A stretch of 64,000 nt of DNA from a virus. Each line of letters begins with the position of its first letter. Position 1 is the stretch's first letter. The notes below the pieces were generated by a model, which did not search any database, was not told the DNA's origin, and worked only from the letters and a program-made list of their open reading frames with translations. This document shows, one piece after another, positions 48,313 to 56,982 of this stretch. The position numbers and the translations under genes are program-made. The stretch lies in the IMG/VR virus record IMGVR_UViG_3300045988_126140, positions 64,001 through 128,000 of that record. One strand, 5' to 3'.

Positions 48313-49167
48313 ATGAAATATTTTAAAAATGTAAACTCTTTAGAAGACTTAAAAAAACAATTTAAAAAATTAGCTTTTAAACATCATCCAGATAGAGGTG
48401 GAGACGCTGAAATAATGAAAGCTGTCAATAATGAATATGATATGTTATTTCCTATTTGGAAAAATAGAGATAATATAAAAACAGAGGAAACAGCAGAAAG
48501 CACAAGAAATGAATTTTATACTGCAAATGGTTGGAAGGGTGACAAATATAATAGAGATTTAGATATTAAAACAATAGCAAAATTAGTTAGAAAACAATTA
48601 AAAGAAGAATTTCCAGATTGTAAATTTAGTGTTACAAAAAATGAATTTTCTGGAGGTTGTAGTTTAACTGTAATTGTAAAAGAAACTCCTAAAAGTGTTT
48701 ATGCAAATGATGATAAAAATATAATCAATTATGATATATCACCGTATATCGAATATCCAGAATTATCAATATATGGTAAAGAATTAGTTATAAGAGTTTG
48801 GGAAATAATAAATCAATATAGATATTCTGATTGTGACTATCAAATAGATTATTTTGACGTTAATTTTTATCCATCTTTAAACCTTGGTAATTATGATGAA
48901 ACAGTCAAAGTGGTTGAAAAAGTTAAAAAATCTAAAAGACAAGAAAAAAATAATAAAAATAATAATAAATTTGATATAATAGAAAACCTTGAAAAAAATG
49001 GAATAGAATTATATTTTGAAGGTAAACCATCAGAAGATTTTAGAAATATGTTGAAACAATTTGGATTTAGATGGAATAGAAATAAAAAATGTTGGTATGC
49101 TAAAAGAGATTCAGATATTTTAATAGTATTTGAAAATTTACAAAATCAATATAAATTAATAGGATAA
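48313..49167 (+). CDS. J-domain (DnaJ-like) protein, copy 2
   Basis: LEDLKKQFKKLAFKHHPDRGGDAEIMKAVNNEYD carries the HPD motif. The C-terminus reads LKQFGFRWNRNKKCWYAKRDSD. Confidence 0.75.
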   Translation: MKYFKNVNSLEDLKKQFKKLAFKHHPDRGGDAEIMKAVNNEYDMLFPIWKNRDNIKTEETAESTRNEFYTANGWKGDKYNRDLDIKTIAKLVRKQLKEEFPDCKFSVTKNEFSGGCSLTVIVKETPKSVYANDDKNIINYDISPYIEYPELSIYGKELVIRVWEIINQYRYSDCDYQIDYFDVNFYPSLNLGNYDETVKVVEKVKKSKRQEKNNKNNNKFDIIENLEKNGIELYFEGKPSEDFRNMLKQFGFRWNRNKKCWYAKRDSDILIVFENLQNQYKLIG

Positions 49168-49330
49168 TATTATAGGTTTATTGGTTTATCCTTTAAAAAC
49201 CAGCATAAAAATAATTAATAAATTTTTTAAAAATTCTTGACAATGATAGTAAAAATAATTAATAAGATAGCACTTGACTTTTATATGGGTTGAGTGCTAT
49301 AATATAATATAAGATAACTGAAAGGGGAAA

Positions 49331-49825
49331 ATGATGATGAATAATATTAAAAGATTCTTAAAATTATTAAATGACGAAACAATAGAAGGCAAAATAATAG
49401 ACTGCTATTGCACTCTTCATAAACAAGCATGGTATGATGGAAAAATAAAAACTAAAATAGTACTAGATTTAAATGGAGTAATAACAGCTACAAATGAAGT
49501 AAAAGATAATCAATTACTAATAATAGAACTCAATGAATATGTAGAAGTACCAGAGACAGAATTTGGTAACATTGAATTACAAGATGATTATCAAGAATTT
49601 GTAAATTATCTAATGGAAGAATGTGAAGAAATATTTGAAAGTGATATAGATAAACAGCAGTATATTTGGGATAATGCAACATGGAATGAATATAAAGATT
49701 TCAATGGATTAGGTTATGAGGATGAAGAACAATATGTTTGGAATTATATTTGTGATATGGAAGATGCAGATTTTATATATAATGTTATATCAAAATTAAT
49801 AAGCCAACTAGAAATGATGGTATAA
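49331..49825 (+). CDS. acidic protein, paralog of 51243..51791
   Basis: The shared N-terminus is (R/K)FL..LND..I.G.I......H...W.DG.IK..I.L..G. The C-terminal half is very rich in D/E/Y/W. Confidence 0.65.
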   Translation: MMMNNIKRFLKLLNDETIEGKIIDCYCTLHKQAWYDGKIKTKIVLDLNGVITATNEVKDNQLLIIELNEYVEVPETEFGNIELQDDYQEFVNYLMEECEEIFESDIDKQQYIWDNATWNEYKDFNGLGYEDEEQYVWNYICDMEDADFIYNVISKLISQLEMMV

Positions 49826-49963
49826 ACTATTATATGGTAGTATGGAAATATCTATACTACCATATAGAAAAAAGATAATAAAAATAATTAATAAATAGCT
49901 CTTGACAAATATATCTACAATGATATATAATATAACTATAATAATAAATAAGGAGTTGATAAT

Positions 49964-50215
49964 ATGAAACAATGCACAGGAGATTATTTATATAAAGGTT
50001 TCTTAATTAATTTTAGCGAATACGACCAAGCTTGGAGATTAGAACCTACATTACAATTAACAGGAGATGATTCCGACACAGCAATAGATTTTGCTATAGA
50101 GTATAACAATGATAGTAAAAAATTTAGAACTATCAATCAAGCTAAAAGATATATAAAAGATAATTACAATGAATTAGTATTAGAAATTAAAAAATTATAT
50201 GAGGATTTTAAATAG
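49964..50215 (+). CDS. hypothetical early protein
   Basis: An 83-aa ORF with an RBS and promoter cassette. Confidence 0.6.
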   Translation: MKQCTGDYLYKGFLINFSEYDQAWRLEPTLQLTGDDSDTAIDFAIEYNNDSKKFRTINQAKRYIKDNYNELVLEIKKLYEDFK

Positions 50216-50321
50216 TCCTCAAGCTCAAAAGTCAATGATGATAAAAATAATTAATAAAATCATTGACAAATAATAACATAACATGATATACTTAATATAT
50301 AAAATTGATTGGAGGAATTAA

Positions 50322-51173
50322 ATGATGGAAAAATACATTAAAAGTCCGATGAATTACACAGGGGGCAAAGGTAAATTATTAAGTCAAATATTACCACTAT
50401 TTCCAAAAAATATAAATACTTTTGTAGATTTATTTACAGGTGGTTGTAATGTAGCAGTAAATGTATCAGCTAATAAAATAATAGCTAATGATTTATGCAC
50501 TCAAGTAATAAATACATATAAAGGAATACAAAATAATACTACAGAAAAAGCTATCGAAATGATAGAAAAAATAATTAACGAATATGATTTAAGTAAAGAA
50601 AACAAAGAAGGTTATTTAGAATTAAGAAAAGCTTACAATGATGGTAATAAAGAATGGCATATATTCTATACTTTATTAGCTTATTCATTCAATAATCAAA
50701 TTAGATTCAATAAAAAAGGCGAATTTAATATGCCTTTTGGAAAGGGTAGAAGTAGTTTTAACTCAACTTTAAAAAAGAAATTTGAAGACTTTTCAGACGC
50801 AATTCATAATAAAAATATAAAATTTACAAATAACGATTTTAAAAAATTAAATATAGATAAATTAAAGAATGATGATTTTGTATATTTAGACCCACCATAC
50901 TTAGTAACAGAAGCTACTTACAATACAGGTTGGAATGAAGAAACTGAAAAAGAATTATTATCATTATGTGACAGATTAAATGAAAAAGGTATAAAATTTG
51001 CAATATCTAATGTATTAGAACATAATGGAAGTAAAAATGAAATATTAATAAACTGGAGCAAAAATTATAATATAAACTACTTAGATTATAATTATTCAAA
51101 TTGTAATTATCATAAAAAAGATAATGGACATAAAAGTATAGAAGTTTTAATTACTAACTACAAAAATAATTAA
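50322..51173 (+). CDS. DNA N6-adenine methyltransferase, Dam/D12-class (no restriction partner in the window)
   Basis: MNYTGGKGKLLSQILPLFP, FVDLFTGGCNV (FxGxG) and VYLDPPYLV (DPPY) appear in the order typical of Dam-like enzymes. Confidence 0.8.
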   Translation: MMEKYIKSPMNYTGGKGKLLSQILPLFPKNINTFVDLFTGGCNVAVNVSANKIIANDLCTQVINTYKGIQNNTTEKAIEMIEKIINEYDLSKENKEGYLELRKAYNDGNKEWHIFYTLLAYSFNNQIRFNKKGEFNMPFGKGRSSFNSTLKKKFEDFSDAIHNKNIKFTNNDFKKLNIDKLKNDDFVYLDPPYLVTEATYNTGWNEETEKELLSLCDRLNEKGIKFAISNVLEHNGSKNEILINWSKNYNINYLDYNYSNCNYHKKDNGHKSIEVLITNYKNN

Positions 51174-51242
51174 TAAAACCCTTGACAATGATAGTTAAAC
51201 ATGATATACTTAATATATAAAAATAAAAAGGTGGTTGATATT

Positions 51243-51791
51243 ATGAATAAAACTGAAAAATTTTTAGGATTTTTAAATGATGACAAAATATTTGGTGAAA
51301 TACAAGAATTATATCACGAACTACATCTAAATTTATGGACTGACGGTCATATAAAACATGATATAATATTAACTATAGACGGAGATGTTGAATATACAAG
51401 TTATATAGGTAATCAGTCTAGAATGGATGTATATGAAGGTGATGCAATACTTATATGTACTATGGACGAATATCCAGAAGTATTTGACGAAGATTTAGGG
51501 GAATTATCAGAAGTTGATAATTATAATGAATACCTTGAATGGTTAGAAAAAGATGCTAGAATCAATTATGAATATGAAACAACAGAAGAAGTTAAAGAGC
51601 ATATTGAAGAGTATGCTGACGACTGGGAAAAATATTCAGAATTTGATTTAATAACATACGAAGAACAGCAACTTTTAGTTTGGCAATTTAATTGTGAACA
51701 ATACGACTGGGATTATATAAACGATAAAATTTATCAAAGAATAGACGAGTTAGAAGAAATAGGGGAAAATTACTTTAAAAGAGGGTTTTAA
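51243..51791 (+). CDS. acidic protein, paralog of 49331..49825
   Basis: The start was chosen behind AAAGGTGG. See 49331..49825. Confidence 0.65.
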   Translation: MNKTEKFLGFLNDDKIFGEIQELYHELHLNLWTDGHIKHDIILTIDGDVEYTSYIGNQSRMDVYEGDAILICTMDEYPEVFDEDLGELSEVDNYNEYLEWLEKDARINYEYETTEEVKEHIEEYADDWEKYSEFDLITYEEQQLLVWQFNCEQYDWDYINDKIYQRIDELEEIGENYFKRGF

Positions 51792-51846
51792 ATAACCCTC
51801 TAGCTCAATCAATGATGATAAAAATAATTAATAAAATTATTGACTT

Positions 51847-51908
51847 ATATAATATAGTATGTTATATTTAATATATAATATAGTATGTTATATTTAATAT
51901 ATAATATA
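51847..51908 (+). repeat. 26-bp tandem repeat (about 2.4 copies) duplicating a promoter -10 region
   Basis: ATATAATATAGTATGTTATATTTAAT occurs twice, plus a partial third copy, directly after TTGACT. Confidence 0.8.
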
Positions 51909-51928
51909 AATAAAGGGGTGTTGATAAT

Positions 51929-52231
51929 ATGGATGAAAATGTATGTGCGAATTGTGATTATAATAAGATGTGGGGAGGTAATTGTGAATATGAACAAGAA
52001 GAAAAATGCATATATGCAACTGCTAGATATTTAACTCATGATGAACGTAATAAGATAGAAAAGAAATTAATTATGATTGATTATTTATTAAATGATATAG
52101 TCGAAATCGACAAAGAGAATACTATCGAGGATTTAACAGATAAGATTTCAGATGTATTGTGTGAAATGGAATATGAAGTCAAATATAGAATTAGAGACTT
52201 TGAATATATGAAAAAGGAGGGTTTTAAATAA
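51929..52231 (+). CDS. hypothetical Cys-rich early protein
   Basis: A 100-aa ORF with N-terminal CANCDYNKMWGGNCEYEQEEKC. Confidence 0.6.
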   Translation: MDENVCANCDYNKMWGGNCEYEQEEKCIYATARYLTHDERNKIEKKLIMIDYLLNDIVEIDKENTIEDLTDKISDVLCEMEYEVKYRIRDFEYMKKEGFK

Positions 52232-52353
52232 CCTTCCAGCTCTTGAAATGATAGTAAAAATAATTAATAAATTTTTTAAAAAGCTCTTGACATCTTAGTT
52301 AAAATCATATATGATAATATTAAGATTAAGATAATTGAAAGGGGTTTTATAAT

Positions 52354-52791
52354 ATGAGCAAATATATAACATTACCTAGTACAATAACAATGACTACTTT
52401 AGCATTAGCAAAAAGTTTATCAAGTAAACCAGTATCAACATCACCAGTAATAACATACCTTACTCCAGCAACTGTAAAACCACACATAAGCAAAGTAATT
52501 TGCACTCTAAAAGCATCTAGTACTCCAGCAACAATGTTGCCTTATCTTGTAGGTTATAAAATAGCATTGCGTGGTACTCACCACAAATACGTATGTGTGC
52601 ATAGTGTCAAAATTCCTACATCTTTGTTGATAGTATCAACAACATCAACTGGTATTATTACTTATACAGGTATGAGTTACAGTGGTGGTTATGCACATTA
52701 TACAGTACATGTATTTCCATACACTAGCACAACAACATTAACTGGTTTAATAAAGATGCTAAAAAGTGGTATGTATACATTACTACCATAA
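52354..52791 (+). CDS. compositionally aberrant Thr/Ser-rich basic protein (no D, E, N, Q or W)
   Basis: A 145-codon ORF with an RBS (AAAGGGG) and a canonical promoter cassette. See the finding. Confidence 0.5.
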   Translation: MSKYITLPSTITMTTLALAKSLSSKPVSTSPVITYLTPATVKPHISKVICTLKASSTPATMLPYLVGYKIALRGTHHKYVCVHSVKIPTSLLIVSTTSTGIITYTGMSYSGGYAHYTVHVFPYTSTTTLTGLIKMLKSGMYTLLP

Positions 52792-52839
52792 TATAAAAGG
52801 TTTGCAGGTAATCCTTTAAAACCTGCTAAAAAGATTATC

Positions 52840-52911
52840 AAAATAATTAATAAAAATAATTAATAAATTTTTTAAAAGCTCTTGGCAATGATAGTAAAAA
52901 TAATTAATAAA
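52840..52911 (+). repeat. cluster of three copies of the 15-mer AAAATAATTAATAAA
   Basis: Copies lie at 52840..52854, 52853..52867 and 52897..52911. This is an example of a motif found about 45 times in the window. Confidence 0.9.
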
Positions 52912-52930
52912 TAATATCAAGGGGGTAAAA

Positions 52931-53713
52931 ATGATGGGGAAAAATATTAATAGAATAGGAGAGAGAAATATAAATACATTTGGAAGTGAAATGGTTATAG
53001 TAGAATATAGAATGAATAGAGATATCGACGTTTATTTTCCAGAATATGACTGGACTTTTAAAAATGCGAGATATGAAACTTTTAAAAAAGGAAACATTAA
53101 ATGTCCTTATGATAGAAGTATATATGGTGTTGGTTACATTGGTGAGGGTAATTATAAGGTAAGTGAAAATCGCAAACTAACTAAAGTTTATAGCACTTGG
53201 CAAAGCATGCTACAAAGATGTTATAGTAATAAATTTCATAAGAAACAACCTACTTATATTGGTTGTGATGTTTCTGAAGAATGGCATAATTTTCAAAACT
53301 TTGCCAAATGGTATTATGAAAATTATTATGAGGTAGAAGGAGAAAAAATGCATTTGGATAAAGATATTTTATATAAACATAATAAGATATACTCTCCTAG
53401 GACTTGCATATTTGTACCTCAAACTATTAATGGTTTATTTATTAAAAGGGATAATAATAGAGGTAAATCAGTTATAGGGACAACGCCTCGTAAAAATGGT
53501 AAATATCAAGTAAAATGTTGTTTAATAAATCCAGAAACAGGTAAGTCTAAATATGAATATTTAGGGATTTATGACACACAAGAAAAAGGGTTTAAAATAT
53601 ATAAGTATTATAAAGAGAAAAATATTAAACAAGTTGCTGACTATTACAAAGATTTAATACCATACAAATTATATCAAGCTTTATATGAGTATGTTGTTGA
53701 AATAGATGATTGA
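52931..53713 (+). CDS. homing-endonuclease-like protein, paralog 1 of 5 (HNH-like core plus AP2-like C-terminal domain)
   Basis: The family signature is G(E/K)...N.FGSEM.I..Y, then Y.TW..ML.RCY...(F/S)..K.PTY..C.V..EWHNFQNF..WY, then LDKDIL.KHNKIYSP.TC.FVPQ.IN, then GKYQV.C.L.NP.TGKS...YLG.YD....AF..YK.YKE. Confidence 0.55.
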   Translation: MMGKNINRIGERNINTFGSEMVIVEYRMNRDIDVYFPEYDWTFKNARYETFKKGNIKCPYDRSIYGVGYIGEGNYKVSENRKLTKVYSTWQSMLQRCYSNKFHKKQPTYIGCDVSEEWHNFQNFAKWYYENYYEVEGEKMHLDKDILYKHNKIYSPRTCIFVPQTINGLFIKRDNNRGKSVIGTTPRKNGKYQVKCCLINPETGKSKYEYLGIYDTQEKGFKIYKYYKEKNIKQVADYYKDLIPYKLYQALYEYVVEIDD

Positions 53714-53767
53714 AAATTTAAAATGATACCAAAAACTATTAATAAATAATATTAAGGGGTGGTAAAA

Positions 53768-54367
53768 ATGATGAAAGAAACTTGGACTGAAAAAGAAATA
53801 AGAAGTTATATGAAGAACTTTGTTAATGACATGGACGAAGAAGACAAAATGGTAATAGGGGATATAATTGATGCAATTCCAATATCAGTAGACGGACGAC
53901 TTAAAAATAGTCTAGGTTACTTCTCTGGTATATATAAAAGAAGTGGAGAATTTGTAGAACCTGTAAAATTTAAATTTTCCAAACGTATTAACTGTTATGA
54001 CGATAACACTATAAAACATATTATAAATCACGAACTTTTACACTTATTATCAGACAAGAAGTATGGTAAAAGTACAAGCCATAACAAAGAATGGAAAGAA
54101 CTTTGCTGTAAATATAGGATAAATGATGATGAATTCTTTACTCCTAATTTAGAATTAGAAAAAGATTATCACCGTTATCATATATATTGTAATGAATGTT
54201 ATAAATTAGTAGGTGTAAGAGACAGATTATCAAAAGAGAAAATAATTCAATTGTTATTATATGGAAGACATCAAGATGATTATGGTAAATTAAGAATATA
54301 TGATAATAAAGAAAAAGGATATATTAAATTAAACAATATAATGGTAAATGATGGTGAAAATAATTAA
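53768..54367 (+). CDS. SprT-like zinc metalloprotease-domain protein
   Basis: It carries IINHELLHLL (HExxH). The start was chosen behind AAGGGG. Confidence 0.55.
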   Translation: MMKETWTEKEIRSYMKNFVNDMDEEDKMVIGDIIDAIPISVDGRLKNSLGYFSGIYKRSGEFVEPVKFKFSKRINCYDDNTIKHIINHELLHLLSDKKYGKSTSHNKEWKELCCKYRINDDEFFTPNLELEKDYHRYHIYCNECYKLVGVRDRLSKEKIIQLLLYGRHQDDYGKLRIYDNKEKGYIKLNNIMVNDGENN

Positions 54368-54437
54368 TAAAACTGTTGACAAATGATAGTGAAATATGAT
54401 ATAATTAATGATATAAAACATAAGGAGGTTGGTAATT

Positions 54438-54920
54438 ATGAATAAAAAATTATCAGTACTAATATTAACAGGGATGTTATCAATATCTATGATAGGATGC
54501 AAAGATGTTGAACTTGATTCTGTGCCAGAAAATACAACTCAACAAATGGATGAGGAAGCAAAAGATAAACAAAAACAACAACTGGTAGAAATAGCATATT
54601 ATTTAACCGAAAATAAGGTGGATGAAATATTCTATGGAAAAGATTACGTTTATAAAATGGAAAAAGATGGTTTAGTATTAACTAACTATTTCCAATATGA
54701 TGAGGTATCTAATGCTATATATACTGGTAAATGGGATAATCTGTTAGATACATTAAAAGAAACATCTAGTACCTTAAAAGAATACTTAAACGACAAAGGT
54801 TACACTAATGTTAGCTTTACAATTCAAATTTGTGACGCAAAGGATAGGGAGGGAACTTGTTATTTGATAATAAAAGATGGTGAAATTGTATTTAACATAG
54901 CAGATAACATGAATCAATAA
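54438..54920 (+). CDS. lipoprotein
   Basis: The signal peptide carries the lipobox LSISMIGC. Confidence 0.65.
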   Translation: MNKKLSVLILTGMLSISMIGCKDVELDSVPENTTQQMDEEAKDKQKQQLVEIAYYLTENKVDEIFYGKDYVYKMEKDGLVLTNYFQYDEVSNAIYTGKWDNLLDTLKETSSTLKEYLNDKGYTNVSFTIQICDAKDREGTCYLIIKDGEIVFNIADNMNQ

Positions 54921-55085
54921 AAGAACTAAAATGATGACAAATAATATTAATTGATAGGCTAGATTTTATTCTAGTCTATTCTTTTATAGTTCAAAAAGAT
55001 TGTAAAAATTATTAATAAATCTATTGACAAAATATACCATATGATATATACTTATACATATATAAGATATTAAAGGGAGGAAAAG

Positions 55086-55988
55086 ATGATGGAAAAAGTT
55101 AATAATATGGAAAGATTAATAAATAATTATATAGCATACTTGAAGGATATAAAAAACTTATCACCTAAAAGTATTAAATCATATATTCCAGTAGTAAAGG
55201 AAATGATTGAGTATTGTGGATTTAAAAGAATAGATGATATACAAAATTCTACTATAATCCAATTACAAAATTGGTTAAACAAAAAAAGAAATGAAGGATT
55301 ATCTAATCAAAGTCTTAACAGAAGGATAGCTAGTTGTAAATCATTTTATGGTTATCTATGTGCATTTAGGATTATTGATTTTAATGCTAGTAAGGAACTT
55401 AAACAATTAAGAATTGAATCTAAAGGTAAAATAGGAAACACAGGACAAGTTGACAAAATAAGAACTTATTTAGAATCTGAATATAATAGAAAACCTAATT
55501 ATATGAATATGAGAAATAGATTGATTGTTGAAGTCATGCTTAATTGTGCTTTAAGAAATTCAGAGCTTAGACAATTAAATATAGATAGTATCAATCCCAA
55601 TACTGGAGAATTTACAGTTATCCAAAAAGGCGGGACTAGGAAATCTTGCGTGTTATCTAGTAAAACATTACAACTATATAATGAATACATGATAGAACGC
55701 AACAGAATCCCTTCTAAGGATAATTCTCTATTTCTTAGTAGTTATAAGAGTAGAATAAGTATTGGTGGCTTAGAAAAGCTTATACACAAGATAACAGAGG
55801 TTACAGGACAACAGTTAAATCCCCACGATTTACGTCATATTTCAGCTACAAAATACGTGGAAGCTGGATTTAGTTGTGATGAGGTCGCAAAGTTACTAGG
55901 GCACTCAAGTAGTAATACAACCTTCAGATTTTATTATCACCAAGATAATGACAATAAAAAGAAAATGGTTGAAAATACATGGGATTAA
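55086..55988 (+). CDS. tyrosine recombinase (XerC/D / phage integrase family)
   Basis: NCALRNSELRQL (Arg box) and HDLRHISATKYVEAGFSCDEVAKLLGHSSSNTTFRFYYH (H-x-x-R, H, Y) are present. Confidence 0.8.
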   Translation: MMEKVNNMERLINNYIAYLKDIKNLSPKSIKSYIPVVKEMIEYCGFKRIDDIQNSTIIQLQNWLNKKRNEGLSNQSLNRRIASCKSFYGYLCAFRIIDFNASKELKQLRIESKGKIGNTGQVDKIRTYLESEYNRKPNYMNMRNRLIVEVMLNCALRNSELRQLNIDSINPNTGEFTVIQKGGTRKSCVLSSKTLQLYNEYMIERNRIPSKDNSLFLSSYKSRISIGGLEKLIHKITEVTGQQLNPHDLRHISATKYVEAGFSCDEVAKLLGHSSSNTTFRFYYHQDNDNKKKMVENTWD

Positions 55989-55991
55989 TTT

Positions 55992-56031
55992 TAATTCATA
56001 GGTAATTTTACTTAAAGTTATGTTAATATAA
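55992..56031 (+). promoter_or_regulatory. class II bipartite promoter-like motif
   Basis: TAATTCATAGGTAATTTTACTTAAAGTTATGTTAATATAA lies upstream of paralog 2. Confidence 0.5.
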
Positions 56032-56131
56032 TGATAACAATTAATAAAGTGGATAAAGTTTTGTTGTGTCACAATTAAAAATAACGTTACTTATCCTCTT
56101 TATTAAATTATAATATAAAGGAGGAGATATT

Positions 56132-56944
56132 ATGGGAAGAAAATCAATAAATAGAACAGGGGAGAAAGGAATTAATAATTTTGGAAGTGAGATGATAATT
56201 GTTAATTCTTATATGAAATTCAATGATAAATATAAAAGAAATTATACTTATGTAGACGTTTATTTCCCAGAGTATAATTGGACTTTTAAAGGTGTAAGAT
56301 ATGAGAGTTTCAAAAATGGTAATGTCAAATGCCCATATGAGAGAACTGTGTTTGGAATAGGTTATGTTGGCGAAGGAAAGTATAAGGTAAGTGAAAATGG
56401 CAAAGACACTAAGAGTTATAATACTTGGCGTAATATGTTGCAAAGATGTTATAATGAAAAATGTCAAGAGAAAAATCCAACTTATAAAGGTTGTACTGTA
56501 TGTGATGAGTGGCATAATTTTCAGAACTTTGCGAAATGGTATGAAGACAATTATTATGAGATAGAAGGTGAGAGAATACATTTGGACAAAGATATTTTAT
56601 GTAAAGGCAATAAAATATATACTCCAGAAACTTGTGTTTTTGTACCACAGACAATTAATATGTTATTTACTAAAAGGCAAAATGATAGAGGGGAATCAGT
56701 TATTGGAACAAGCTATCATAAAAGAGATAAAAAATATCAAGCATATTGTAGTTTAATTAATCCTAAAACTGGTAAATCTAAAGATAAATACTTGGGATAT
56801 TATGATACAGAAATAGAAGCATTTGAGATATACAAATATTATAAAGAACGTAATATTAAACAAGTAGCTGATTATTATAGAGATTTAATACCAGAAAGAT
56901 TATACATGGCATTGTATAATTATGAAGTTGAAATTACAGACTAA
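56132..56944 (+). CDS. homing-endonuclease-like protein, paralog 2 of 5
   Basis: It carries the same signature as 52931..53713. Confidence 0.55.
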   Translation: MGRKSINRTGEKGINNFGSEMIIVNSYMKFNDKYKRNYTYVDVYFPEYNWTFKGVRYESFKNGNVKCPYERTVFGIGYVGEGKYKVSENGKDTKSYNTWRNMLQRCYNEKCQEKNPTYKGCTVCDEWHNFQNFAKWYEDNYYEIEGERIHLDKDILCKGNKIYTPETCVFVPQTINMLFTKRQNDRGESVIGTSYHKRDKKYQAYCSLINPKTGKSKDKYLGYYDTEIEAFEIYKYYKERNIKQVADYYRDLIPERLYMALYNYEVEITD

Positions 56945-56982
56945 AATTGACTATAAAAATAATTAATAAAGGAGATGATAAT

